Assembly (NCBI RefSeq): GCF_009834535.1
Contig: NC_045698.1
Location: 9,302,001 to 9,366,000, forward strand
Length of the DNA stretch: 64,000 bases
Reading direction: 5' to 3'
Source of the DNA: Camelus ferus
Taxonomy: Eukaryota
Numbering within the stretch: position 1 is the first letter of the stretch; the number at the start of each line of letters is the position of its first letter. This document shows positions 36,523-49,594 of the stretch, piece after piece. Position numbers and translations under genes: made by a program. The notes under the pieces are model-generated. The model saw only the letters and a program-made list of their open reading frames with translations, ran no database searches and was not told where the DNA came from.

Positions 36523-37363
36523 AACTAGTCCCCTCTCATCTTGTTTCACTTTCTGAAATTTATTTCCTGCGGTCAACTGAGGTCCAATAATATTAAATGA
36601 AAAAATTCAGAAATAAACAATTCGTAAGTTTTAACTTGTGTGCCATTCTGAGTGGCGGGATGAAAAGTCAAGCCATCCAGCTCCGTCCTGCCCAGGATGT
36701 GAAGCATCCCTTCGTTCAGGGAATCCCGCTGGTTCCTCACCTAGGTTATCAGGTCCACTGTCCTGGTATCACATGTTTGCGTTCTAGTACTCTTATTTAA
36801 AGTTCTTAATAATGGCCCCAAAGCACAAGAGTAGTGATGCTGGCACTTTGGATATACCAAAGAGAAACCGTAAAGTGCTCCCTTTAAGTGAAAAGGTGAA
36901 TATTGAATGTTCTTGACTTAATTAGGAAAGGAAAAAAAAATCCTGTGCTGAAGTTGCTAAGCTTTATGGTAAGAAAAAATCTTCTATCCATGAAACTGTG
37001 AAGAAGGAAAAAGAAATTTGTGCTAGTTTTGTTCTTGTACCTCAAACTACAAAAGTTACAGCCACAGAGTGTGGTAAGTGCTGAGTTAGAATGGAAAAAG
37101 CTTTAAATTTTACAATAAAGACACTTTGAGAGAGAGAGAAACTGCATTCACATAACTTTTATTACATGTATTAAATACAATTACGATTATCATTATAATT
37201 GTTCTATTTTATTATTAGTCATAGTTAAAACTCTTCCTGTGCCAAGTTTGTAAGTCAAACTATACCATAGGTCCATATGTATAGGAAAAACATAGTGTAT
37301 GTAGGGTTTGGCATACACTGGGGGTCTTGGAATGTGACCCTCTCAGATAAAGAAGGACTAATG
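36523..37363 (+). mobile_element. MER44/Tigger7-like DNA transposon with degraded transposase N-terminus
   Basis: Degenerate TIRs (tagtcccctctcatc / gataaagaaggacta) and TA at the right end; MAPKHKSSDAGTLDIPKRNRKVLPLSEKV from 36812, then frameshifted AEVAKLYGKKKSSIHETVKKEKEICASF. Confidence 0.88.
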
Positions 37364-38806
37364 TAATAGCAAGATCCCTGAGGGATTTAACTCTCCACAT
37401 AATCTTATAGGATTGTTTATTTGTTTTCCTTATTTTCTCATTACAAAGTTTTTGTTTCCAGACTCTTATGCAATCTTAGTTATGGACATTAGAAACCATA
37501 TCATAACATAAATCATTATGTCAAAAAATCCATCTATAGACACCCTCTAGAGAAACTGGTATGTATTTTACTTTTAAGTCATGGTTAAAGGAAACCATAC
37601 AATACACTTGCCACCTTCTACATCTTCAAACACATAAATTCTTGAGTAGGGTGGAGGGAGGGCAATACGAATAATCAGGTACCTTAAATGTAGCTATAAA
37701 ACACTTAATTATCCTGGTGGAATTATTGCACAGCCTGAAAAAAGAACTTGTTATTTTTCTAAGATATTTTTTTGTGTGTCTGGGGATGTAGACTATAAGC
37801 CTAGCCGTTAAGGAATAATATACTAGGAACTAATGAATTGTTTAACCAAGACTTTTGGTAATTTTCATTATTTAACTGTAAGACAGAAATATGGACTTGG
37901 TCCCCAGATTACAAATTCCTCTTCTTCAATCCAATGTGAAGTTGAGGAGAGAAAGTATTAACAGAGAATTAGTGACAGCAGCTAGGCAAACTGTCATGTT
38001 TATGAGCAAGTCTTGAAAGCAGTTCATGCAAGTTGCTAAGCAGCTTGTCATCACTGGATCTTGTATGCTGTGGGCAAAGAGTCCATAGCAAGGGGACTGA
38101 CAGGTTGCAAAGAATAAAAGCAAAAAATTATTAACAGGATATTGGGAAGAAGAAAAAGATTTTAGAGAATGAAAGAGTAAGCACCCTTAGAGTTTGACAA
38201 ACACGACTCGCTAAAAATTACAGTCTTCAAAAAAAATTAAGAAAACAGATTCATGGAGTGATCCTGCTAAGTAATAAAATTTAAAAATTTAAAATATATA
38301 GGAAATCATGTCTACGTGTAGAGGAAGGGACCAGAAAGGATTGTATGACTGGTGAAAAGAGGGTGGGGATCGACTTTCCATTTTGAAATTAAAATGAATG
38401 AGAAGGTATGATTTGAAATAGTCTAAACAAACTGAACCATTATCTGCACACTAAGTAAATAGTCTTGAACTTAATTATTTATGAAGACAGTTGCTATAAA
38501 TTTATACTTTACCATAGCTATCTGTAGCACCTCTGTTTCTTTTGAGTTTTTGCTCTGGAAAACTGGATAGTGAAATTGTAGAAAACATAATTTCCTGAAA
38601 AATAAAATATTATATCTCTGGAGAATGCAAAGTGGAACGTCTGTGGAGTCTGAGTGGGGACTGAGTGGTGAGTTTTCTGAAATAGGAGTATTTTGCTTTA
38701 TTTTTCTTCTCATACCAGTAATGCTATTATTTCTGGAATTGTCAAGTAGACAATGAGGCTGTCTTCACCTGCTAAGTCCTAACGTGTTTCCAGAAAAAGC
38801 TATACA

Positions 38807-39123
38807 CAGCTGGCCCTCCTCATACATGGGTTCTGCGGCCATGAATTCAACCAATCTCAGATTTTAAAAATTGGAAAAAAATTCCAGAAAGTTAAAAAAA
38901 ATAAGTCTTGAATTTACCACATGCTGGCAACTATTTACATAGCATTACATTGTATTGGGTATTATACATAATCTAGGGGTGATTTAAAATGTATAGGAGG
39001 ATGTGTGCAAGTCACACAGAAATACAACACCATTTTATATGAGAAACTTGAACTTCTGTGGATTTCGGTATTCTCAGCAGTCCTGGAACCAATGAATGCC
39101 TCATAGATCCCCAGGGAAGACTG
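38807..39123 (+). mobile_element. MER2/MER2B-like Tigger MITE
   Basis: CAGCTGGCCCTC...GGGAAGACTG termini, followed by TA; internal 'aattccagaaagtt', 'ccattttatatgagaaacttga', 'gtcctggaaccaat'. Confidence 0.88.
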
Positions 39124-40439
39124 TAGATGTCTGCTTTGAGAATAAAGCTGTGGACCAGAACTTCAAAAAAGGCGAGAGTATGTCCCACAAACAGAGCTAA
39201 GAAAGGGTTCTAAATTAAGAAATCTGGCACTGAGGCACAGGAATAAGGATGCCGCCAGAAAAATTGTGGATCTTAGAAACTAGGAAATGTACCTCTCCTC
39301 CTCCACTCTTACTTTATCTAATTTTATTTTTTTGATATATATAGTGATAAATATGGTGTAATTTTTATGTGTTTTGAGTCTCAAATATTACATGTTGAAG
39401 ATTTGTTAATTAAAAACTACAGTTTCTACAGTATTATACTAAGAAAACTTGTAGACGGCTGTGTTGCTCATTCAGATTGTCGGCATTTGTAGAACAAAGT
39501 CCAGGAAGAAGAGGCTACTTATTCCATGTGACAGTACAATTACATTTGTGTTACCAAGAGTCTATCAAAGAAATGAAAGCCACTTGTTTTACATTACTTA
39601 TCTTCAATTCAAACGGAGAGAAAAAATAAATTCACAGTCATTCAGAAAGCAAATACATTCTTCCACTAAAACTTTTGTACCTGTTAACGCTAGGTTCTAT
39701 GGTTACCATGGGGAGGCAAAAAAATGTGCCATGTTAAGTGTTATTAAAATTACTGTTGTTGTTTTAGTTGGTGGTGGTGGTGATAGTGTTAGGGTCTTTA
39801 TAGCATGTTACAGTTTTTCTTCTCCCTATCATCATCCAATAAATTGTATTTTAGAAACTCAGGAGCAACACTGCATAAAACTCTCTTCAATAGAGCATCT
39901 CTGGTAACCACCATGAATTTACGCCATGGAACAAGTGGATGAGTATAAATCTCATTCCACTTTGTCTCCCAGGCATTAATTGTCTCATCAAGTAAATCAA
40001 GATTTACCAGGTCCTCTTGACTGTTCATGTAGTTTACTGATACATTAGATTAACATTTACTTATTGCTTCACTCAGTAAGTATTTATTAACTACTACTAG
40101 AGTTACTTGGGACACAGTGATAGGCCAGAGTCCCTGTCTTCAAGAATGTGTAGGTCATGACCCTTCCTCTGTTAAAAGAGCATCTCTCAGGTAGCCATGC
40201 TGTGCACCACACGACTGTGTCATCAGAAATGTATCATAAGCTAGTGACAGCAGCTAACCCAAAAGTTCTCAGTTCATGGTCTGGCCAATAATCTACATCT
40301 GATTGGCTGTGGAGGGGTGAGCTGGACTTTTAGGAGACTGGCGTCTTGGGGTTACGTCCTTCCTTCCTGTGGATCTCTTCAGTGGTTCACGTGTTCCTTC
40401 TGCCCGTTATTTCCTTCCCTGCTATCAGCACTCCCAACC

Positions 40440-41040
40440 TAGCTCTTTGAAACTCTCAGGCCTCTTGAATTTTGTTTTGTTTTATTTCTTGTTGGTGATG
40501 TTGGTTTTTTTTTTCCCCCTCTTAGGTGAGACAGGAAGGCTAGATGGAGCTGGAGTTAGAGGAACGCCCTTTCTACCACAAGTAGAATAAAGCTCTGTCA
40601 AGTATTTCCCCTTGTAGTGTAGACCTTCATTATGGAGAATGCTCTGAAGCTATTTCACAGTGATTTCTCTCTACTCCTGCCCCTGTCCGATACATAAGAG
40701 AATCCTTCTCATTCAGAGTGAGAAACTTATGATGTTCCTGTAGGTCAAATTTATAGTGATATAGGAACCCCCTGAGGAATGCAGTTTTTGTCCCCAGAAA
40801 TGTCTCACATTCATATATTTCTACCCTCTGTCTCATGCAGTTGGTCAAAATTACCATCTCAGAGTTCCTTTGAGTCATGGGTTCTGTCTCTCCAGATTAA
40901 CAAGTAGTAGTTCCCCCTGAACTGAATCTTCTGATGGGTCCAAGATAAGCCGTTGATCTTTCAATTTTCCCCGCCTTTGCTTATTGTAATGATGAAAGTG
41001 AGGATTTGCAGGATCTTTACAGTTGGAGCTGTAATTGGAA
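40440..41040 (-). mobile_element. Old L1 (L1MC/MD-like) 5' region
   Basis: Reverse complement aligns by eye to about 2035-2550 (e.g. 'gaaatagcttcagagcattctccataatgaaggtcta' vs 'gaaatattcccagagtgttcttcataacaaaggtcta'). Confidence 0.65.
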
Positions 41041-41312
41041 TTTTAAACATTAATATTATTAACTCAGCTCTGTCTGTGAGGCATCATTCCACACTAGACT
41101 TTACAGAACAGTGGGCATGGCATGAGGAACGAATATGATTTAACCACAGCCATAATGTGCAAAACCAGGATATAAAGCCTGCCTCAAGTGGTTTAATGCA
41201 GGAAAAGGATTAACGTTTCTGGATCTGGTCCTGATAGAGTCCAAATGAAGAGCAAAAAATGAAGAATGGAGCCAGTCAAGAAAACCAAAGAGTTGACAAT
41301 TAAAATGTGTGA

Positions 41313-41554
41313 GGAGTTCTAGATTTGCAGATACTAACTAATATACATAAAATAGATAAATGATAAGTTTATACTGTATAGCACAGGGAACTACATTCAG
41401 TATCTTGTAGTAACCTATGGTAAAAAATAATATGAAAATGAATATATGTATGTTCCTATATGACTGAAGTATTGTGCTGTACACCAGAAATTGACACATT
41501 GTAAACTGACTATACTTCAATAAAAATATATTTTAAAAAATTAAGCAAAAAAAA
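41313..41554 (+). mobile_element. Truncated L1 3' end with A-rich tail (intermediate subfamily)
   Basis: 'agatttgcagatactaactaatatacataaaatagataaa...tatagcacagggaactacattcag...gactatacttcaataaaaa'. Confidence 0.9.
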
Positions 41555-42479
41555 AGTGAGACAAGTTGTAAAATTTGAGAAATCATTCATTTAAAGTCCA
41601 GAGGTTCATAGGCATTTTTTCCTGAGTGTTTTTGTAGGTGTAGACAGTGCTTGCAAAATGTCATAATAGAGAAGACACCAGCTCATTAGGGACAGTGTCA
41701 CACACAGAAGCTCACAAAGTTCATTCTTATTTTTGAGAATATTTGCAAGGAGTGGAGTGAATTCAGCACAAACCAGGAGTACACTTGATTGACTTACCAT
41801 CTCATTGTTGTAGTCTGAATTCTCATCTGGTCAAAGGTGACTAGTCTTAGATACAAAGGGAAATAAAGTTTTCACCCTCTAGTTATGGGGATGTCATAGT
41901 TCTCAAAAGTTACCGTATGTAAATCAAGTGCCATTTCATAAAGCAAACTTTAACGTGCTGTCAGGTTTAATTTTTGTTTTTGGTGGGGGGACTCTTGTCT
42001 GGGGCTTTTAACTTAGACAGCTTTCTAGAAATTAGTGTCACATGGAAGCATTTCATTGACAGTTTAATGATTGACTTTTCTTCCACTAAGGGCAGGAATT
42101 TAAGGTGAAAGCAGTGACACTAGCATTGAAACAACTTGATCATTCTGAAAGGCAAGTTATTTCAAGTCTGAGTCTCTTTGGAAACATTTGAAAAAAATCA
42201 TTTTGATTCTGGTGCATGTTGGTTTTATGCCGGGTTTTGCCAAAGATAACTAGCTTTGTTGATATAGAAATTGCATTGCACCATTGGGGTTTTATAAGAA
42301 AACATGATTAAAATACCCTAATTTATTATTCTATCACGAGGTCCTCACTGTGTTCTGTGGTTTGTTTGGTGCGTATTAACACTGAGTATGCTCACAATAT
42401 GACATCAATATCAAATAGACTCAATTTATCATGGCAACTAGGAATAGTAACATCAGATTTAAGTGGAAAAGGTGAACTA

Positions 42480-43850
42480 CTGTATTTTACTAATATCATG
42501 CCTCCTGTAGTTGGAATGTTTTTTTTATCTTTTCCTTATTTACTTTTATACCTCTATTTATATTAAAATCACATCTCATTTAGGTACTATGTAGCTAGGT
42601 TTCCCTTTTTGAATCCACAATGTCAGTATGTGCCTTTTAAACAGAGTCCTTATAATTAACCTTCAATAAACTATGGAAAATATTGTCAGTCTGTCAAGTT
42701 TTATTATTTACTATGTTCTCTCTAATTTTTATTTCACTTTTTTCCTTTCCTTGCCTTTTGGTCATTATTTTGGTATTTTAGTATGGACTATTTTAAATCA
42801 TCTACTGGCTTCTTGGCCAAAATTCTTTCTATTAGTTTTCAGTAGTTGCTTCTGAGATTATAATATACATATCTAAATTTTCACAGCCTACTGAGAGTGA
42901 ATATTTTAACACTTCATACAAAACACCGTACAGAAGGATTATAAAACTGTAAGCCTTTATATCGCCTTATTTTCTTTATTTTATATTTAGTTTTCTAGGG
43001 CTGCCATTACAAAGTATATTTTGATGGGTAGATTAAAACAACAGATTCATCCATATTTATTTTTTAAAAATTAAGCAAGAAATCAGACATTAATATTAAC
43101 TGAGACACATTATTTCTAACGTTCTTTCTTTGCTCTCTAATATCAAATTTTCTCTGTAGTATACTTTCCTTTTTGGCCTGGTTAATATTATTTTGCATTT
43201 TTTTGCATTTTGCATTTTTTGTAAAAAAAATGTTCTAGCATCCACTTTTCTCATTTTTTTCTTCATATGATATTGTCTTTATTTTTCCTTTGTCCTTGAA
43301 AAAGTGTTTTTGCTGAATATAGATTTTAGGGTAGAAATTTGTTTTACCTTTCTCCAACACTGTGCCTGTTTGCTGTATCGATTTTCCCTGCTGTCCTCCA
43401 CACACCACAATTTCTGGCTTGAAATCAACTATCATTTTAATTCTTGTTTCCTCTACTTAATATGTCAATTTTCTCTATTATATTTGAATTTTTTTCTTTC
43501 CTTTGGTTTTCCAGCCAGTTGATTTTACGTGAATAAGCTTGGTTATCTTTTAACTTATCCTATTCATGATTTGTTGAATTTTCAATCTATAATTTTTGAA
43601 AAATTTGAGAACTTTTTATATATTATGTCTTTAAATATTCTTTCTACTCAAATCTCTGTCACTTCTTCTATTTCTATTAGATTTTTTGATAGTTTCCCAA
43701 AGGTCCCCAAAAGTGTTGTTTTTGTTTGTTTGTTTGTTTGTTTTTAATGCATTTTCTTCTGATGGATTGTTCTGACTTAAAAAGTAGCTGATTCATTTGC
43801 CTTTGGATCCACTGAGTAAATTTTTTTTCAGATATTATAATTCATAATTA
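42480..43850 (-). mobile_element. Ancient L1 ORF1 / inter-ORF / ORF2-start region
   Basis: Minus ORF 43235..43435 contains FYPKIYIQQKHFFKDKGKIKTIS, similar to the ORF1 C-terminal motif PRILYPAKLSFKxEGEIKTF; EN-like decayed sequence near 42560-42650. Confidence 0.6.
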
Positions 43851-44955
43851 GCCTACAAATTCAATAATTTGGATGAATTGGAGAAATTTCTTGAAAAATA
43901 CAATTTACCAAACTATTCCATAAGAATAAAACAGAGAATCTAAGTAGTTCTATATCTAATAAGAATTCAAAAAACTTTAAACAAGAACACTCCAACCAGG
44001 AGTTAAGCCAAGATGGTTTCACTGGAGAAGTAAATCAAACATTTAAGGAAGAAAACATGCCAATATTACTCATTTAGTTACTTATTTAATTTTTTAATTT
44101 ATAGAATAAACCATTGTCCAAATTGTTTTATGAAGCCAGTATATGAATAATAGCAAAAAGATGTCACAAAAAAGAGATAGAGAGAAAGAAAGAAAAAAGA
44201 GAGGGAGAGAGCAAAGGAGGAATGAAAGAAAATGAAAAAATGGGAAGAAGAGGTGGAGAAATGGAGGCTTGGTGGAAGGAAGGAAAGAAGAAAGAAGAGG
44301 AAAGGAAAAAAAATAGCATGTGACTATTATCTCTCATTTGACAAACTGACAAACTGAATTCAACAATATATAGAGAGGCAAATATATCATGACCAAACAC
44401 AATTTCATCTCAGAAATGCAAGGGTATTTTTAAAAAGTAGCTTTACTGATACATAATTCACATACCATACAATTCACTCACTTCAAGCATACAATTAAAT
44501 GTGTTTTTTGTATGAGCCTCTAAGAGGGCTCTTGCCAGCTGTCTTATTCACCTCCTCCATAACTTTTGTTACTGAATTTTCATATATTCCCTTCAGTAGG
44601 TGTTCCTTCATTGCTCTTTGCCTTTAGGGTTCCAGAACCATGATTCACTGGTCAGTGGAGTTTCTGTCACTGCCAGAAATTGATCCTTAGGAATGAATGT
44701 TCGTAATGTTAAAAAATCAATAAATGTATTTATTATAGCAACAGAATCATGAAAAAATATAATTCAGTATTCATGATTTTTTAAAATGCTAAGCAAGCTA
44801 GAATAATTAGAAATATACTCAAGCTGATAAAATATTTGTGAAAATTCAACAGCTCACGTAATACATAATGCTAAAACACTAATTTCCCCTTAATATCTTT
44901 TAAAAAAGCAAATATGTCAGATTTCACCATTTCTATACAGCATTTTACTGATGGT
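43850..44955 (+). mobile_element. Ancient L1 ORF2 fragments, interrupted
   Basis: 'caaattcaataatttggatgaattggagaaatttcttgaaaaatacaatttaccaaaact', 'ccaagatggtttcactggagaa...caaacatttaaggaagaa', 'catctcagaaatgcaagggt'. Confidence 0.75.
44165..44315. repeat. GA-rich low-complexity tract
   Basis: Seen directly. Confidence 0.8.
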
Positions 44956-44964
44956 GAACAACAG

Positions 44965-45121
44965 GCTGTCCCGGCCATGCATATATACACATATATTCAT
45001 TTTCATATTCTTTTTCATTAAAGGTTATTACAAGATATTGAATATAGTTCCCTGTGCTATACAAAAGGAAAAAAGTTTATCTATTTTTATACAGAGTGGT
45101 TAACATTTGCAGATCTTAAAC
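44965..45121 (-). mobile_element. Internal L1 3'UTR fragment lacking both ends
   Basis: Aligns by eye to 45331-45487; no tail and no TSD seen. Confidence 0.85.
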
Positions 45122-45274
45122 TAGCACCTTAACATTTGAGATCTGGCATATGATTATAAAGCACCAATAATCATTATTTTTAGTCTTATTAAATTAGTGC
45201 AAGGTCAATGTTATCAAGTTTCTTTCTAAAATATTTATATTCTGCTGCTTTGACCAGTTCATCATTGACCTGTT

Positions 45275-45624
45275 TCTTTTAGTTGGAGTACCGCCAGTTA
45301 CAAAGTGCCAATTTCTGGTGTGCAATACAATATCCCAGTCATGCATATACATACATATACTCATTTTCATATTTTTTCATTAAAAGTTATTACAAGATAT
45401 TGGACATAGTTCCCTGTGCTATACAGCAGACACTTTTTTAAAAATCTATTTTTATATATAGTGGCTAACATCTGTAAATCTCAAACTTCTGAATTTATCC
45501 CTTCCCACCTACTTTCCCCAGTAACCATAAGATTGTTTACTATATCTGCAAATATGTTTCTGTTTTGTAGGTGAGTTCATAGTGCCCTTTTTTTCCTTTT
45601 TTTCTTTTTTTTAGACTCCACATA
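45275..45624 (-). mobile_element. Truncated L1 3' end (intermediate subfamily)
   Basis: 'ggagtaccgccagttacaaagtgccaatttctggtgtgca...tagttccctgtgctatacagc...ttttagactccacata'. Confidence 0.9.
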
Positions 45625-47898
45625 AACCATTGACTTTAATGTAAAATTTTCATTCATTCACTTCATTTATAGCTCTTTTGTAGGAATGATTGCAGGATAT
45701 TATCTTACTCAGCTCAATTTGTGTGCACAGATTTTCTGAGTTGATTGAATTAGCTTTTTGTAAAGTGTTATTTAAAGCTCAGTATTATTCTTTTCTTTTG
45801 TTTCTTTCATTGATCTCTCTCTAAATCCTTTATTTCTATAGGCAACATGAATTCAGTGGTATCTATGTCTTTATGTGAAGGAAAGAAAATAGTGAAATAA
45901 TTAAATTTGGGTTACATTTTTCAATATTCTACATTAAAATGTAATAATCCTCATTCTAATGAAGCATTTATTGAGTGCTCATTGTGGCACATTAGGCATG
46001 ACACAGAATTTAGTGAACTCAAAGCTATTGGCCTGCTGAAGAGGTACATTCTGGAGGAACAGCACGTAAGTCTGAGGTCTAGACTGTCACTCAATGAGTG
46101 GAGTTTGGGCAAAGATCACAATTTCCTACTGAAATTTTTTTCACAGTCTAGAACATGCACTTGAGAATGTAGGAGTACATTAACATAGATTCTCCCCACT
46201 TGATCAAGAGCTAAATCAAACCTCCAAAAAGGCAAGATTGTAGCAAAGCCTCGGTAATTAGATGAGATTATTCCAAATGTAATAGAGAGTTTAATTAAGA
46301 CCATTGTCAAATGAACTAGTGTAAACCTAGAAGGACCTACCCAAGTGATTGATGGTTACTTCTATCAAGAGGTAAGGAGTTGAAATGGGTAATTATCTTG
46401 AAATTCTAATGATAGTTAGACTGTAGATGTTTGCAGTTAACCCCATATAGTTCTCTACATGAAATAGCAAGTTTCTACCTTCATGCTGTGATCTTCTAGA
46501 AAAGGATTTCACCTAAATGAGTAAGTCTACAGGTCAAGCAGAGCTACAAAACAGAATGTTTGTTATTGACCTGTGAACAAGATAGAAACCAGATGTTGAG
46601 TTTTTGGACTTAATTCTGGAATAACTGATTTCTCTACAAACACTTTTGTTTTGTTTTGTTTTTTAAATAGGAAATTACAAATTATTTTAATTTTTAAATT
46701 AACTTCACCAAATATCAGTATTAATTGAAAACTCTGTCAAACATTTTTAATTGACTGGGGGGCTTTTTTCTGTCTATTTGTTTCTATGTGAAGATATACA
46801 ACTGAAAACCTATGTTGCCTCAATAATGGTCCCAAAACTGGGATCATTGTATGTACAGCAGTTAAGAAGCCCCAAGTAGGGCAAAAAGGGGCCAGTTCCT
46901 TTAAGGAAATCAATTGTGTTTAGTCTGTTGTCTTGGAATCAGGCAGATCAGTTAAGAAGACTGGAAAAGTAAAAAAGTTTTTTCTCTCTAATGAGCATAA
47001 GTATAACTCCCCTATCTTCAGAATTTCTAAATTTGATTTTGATGTCTACTTCTTGTCTCTTCAGCATTAGCAATAGGTCATATTCCCTTTTGTGTATTAA
47101 TGGATTATTACCTCCTCCTCAAATCTACTCTCTCTTTTGGTATAATGGCCCCCTACTCCTGGGGAATGATCTGATAACAGCCATGTAGGATGTAGCTCTT
47201 TGATTGTGGCATTGCATCTTTGAATATTTATATTTAATTATTCTGTGTAATTATAAACTCAAAGGTTTATTCTCTGAAGGTAAATTGGGTCATATGAATT
47301 ATCTGAGCACATGACTTTATAAGATGTGAAATAATTATTGACTGTGGACAGTGATTGAATAAGTCATAGTGAGTGCTGTCTGTTGAAAATGTTACTTCAA
47401 AGAATTTTGAGTCCTAACAATTTTTTAAATCACTCATTTTGTCTCAGAAATGAGTTCAAATTAATTAAAAGTAGCATCAACTAACTTAAAAAATTATACC
47501 AGGTGTTCCAAGATTTATTGTGCTGATTTATTGTGTTGATCTAAATTGTGTTGATTTAGATATGAAATGTTTGCTTTTATTGACAACAGATTATTGATGA
47601 TTTATAAATAGTGATTTATAAACAGATTTTAATCAGGTTGATTGAAACAATTCAGTAAGTCTACAGATGTTCACATATTACTGCTGTGTAGCAGAAGCAC
47701 AGAGGTTATTTTTTTTTCTGGAGTTGGAGACGAGTGATACCACACATACAACACATCCGATCTCATCCCCAGAAATCACAAGTTCCTGGTGCTTACTGCA
47801 GGTTTGTGACATGCCAACATCATTTCAAATGTGATACAATGAAAATCAAGTCCAAAGTAAAGGTGGGCTTCTCATCGTCTTATCTTACAATGCATTTT

Positions 47899-48125
47899 TT
47901 CAACATTTTTTATTGATTTATAATCATTTTACAATGTTGTGTCAAATTCCAGTGTAGAGCACAATTTTTCAGTTTTACATGAACATATATATATTCATTG
48001 TCACATTTTTTTCCTCTGTGAGCTACCACAAGATCTTGTATATATTTCCCTGTGCTATACAGTATAATCTTGTTTATCTAGTCCACAATTTTGAAATCCC
48101 GTCTATCCCTTCCCACCCCCCACCA
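47899..48125 (-). mobile_element. Young short L1 3' end
   Basis: Near-identical to 12070-12275; degenerate TSD TTACAATGCATTTT (47885-47898) / TTGCATTGCATTTT (48126-48139) followed by AA. Confidence 0.93.
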
Positions 48126-49594
48126 TTGCATTGCATTTTAAAATAGAGAAATGCTCACTATTCCTGAAAGAGCTAACTTGTTGTTTATTACATCCTTTAA
48201 TAATTTATCCCCAAAGAAACCCAACTGTCAACAATCATTGAGCCATATCTGGCAACTTGTCAGTTCTCACAGCTGAATGAAAGAAGAGCAAACAGACACT
48301 ACCCGTCAGAGACCACACAGTCCTGGTTATCAATGCTGATGCATCATTCCAGAATATTTTCTAGACTCATCCAAATGAACACTTACATACTGTACATTAA
48401 AGAAGACTCTTCAATATCAATTAATTTGTTCTATGAACCTATCATTTTGATGTTTACAAGAAGGAACAGACTGAAAACCATGATTACTTTTCCTAAGCCA
48501 TTTAATGGAAAGCATGTATGTGGTAATCTGTAACTTAAACACATTTCACCTTTATACTGGGTTTCCATATTCTTCTGCCTTAAACTCTCACTAAGAATTT
48601 CAGATTGACTCCAGATTGCTTTGCCAACACTTACACTGAGAGGATGGCAAGTAATCACACTTCAATAACAATAAGGTTTTAAATTTGGAAACACTAATAA
48701 CCAAAGCCTAATAACATACTTTAGTTCCTCTGCAATCACAGTTCTCCCCATTCTTTACTGCTTTTACACCGGAATTAATCCTATAAGTAGGCAGAGCACT
48801 AACATAGGTGGTTTTGATGATTTATATAGAAAGTACACACTTCTATTCAATAGATCAAGTGAAATTACTGCATTGGTTTCAATAATTATTATTCCTAAAT
48901 AGCATATTTGGAAGTAATCAGTTGTTAATGGATTTTTATGTTATTCGTCATATATATTCTTTTATATAATGAGCCAGTTTTTCTTTTTTAATGCAATCAA
49001 CATACAGTTTTTGCCATTTCATAGTGACTCAGCCTGAGATCTTAATAGTTAATAGAGACTGATGGCTACCAGCGCCTTAGAGTCTGTCTTCATGATGAAA
49101 GGACACTATAAGCCCAAATGAACAAATGATAGATCAATTTCCCAAAATTCATGCATGTTTTTACACAGAATTGAGAGATTGCCCTACAGTGGTATACTAG
49201 AAAAGCCATTTAGTATTTAAATGAATGGCTTTTTAGGAAAAAATATGGTGTAGACTGTTGCTTTTTATTTCTTCAGTCAAAGAAATTTACTCAAGGAAAA
49301 TAAATAAATAAATACAAATACATATATATATATGTATATATATATATACTTTTCCAGAGAAGACATATCTTAAAAGTTTTGACAATTAATGGTAGATCTT
49401 CAGGAAACAGTTTTTATTTGAGTGGCATATATAAGATCATAATTATTAATGTGTGTTTATGCATCAAATAGTTGAGTAATTTTATTAACATTATCTCCTG
49501 AAGGTTTTCACTACCATTTAATTGTGTGAGGATTTAGCTTGATTAACGTTACATGAATTAGTTTAAATAAATTACATTTTTTTCAAAAGTTCAA

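Noticed and set aside
39461..39907. 148-aa ORF
   Set aside because: GTG start, low-complexity content, no recognisable domain or flanking splice structure
41790..41870. Minus-strand exon-like segments (here and at about 51188-51244)
   Set aside because: Good donors but ambiguous or weak acceptors and no recognisable peptide
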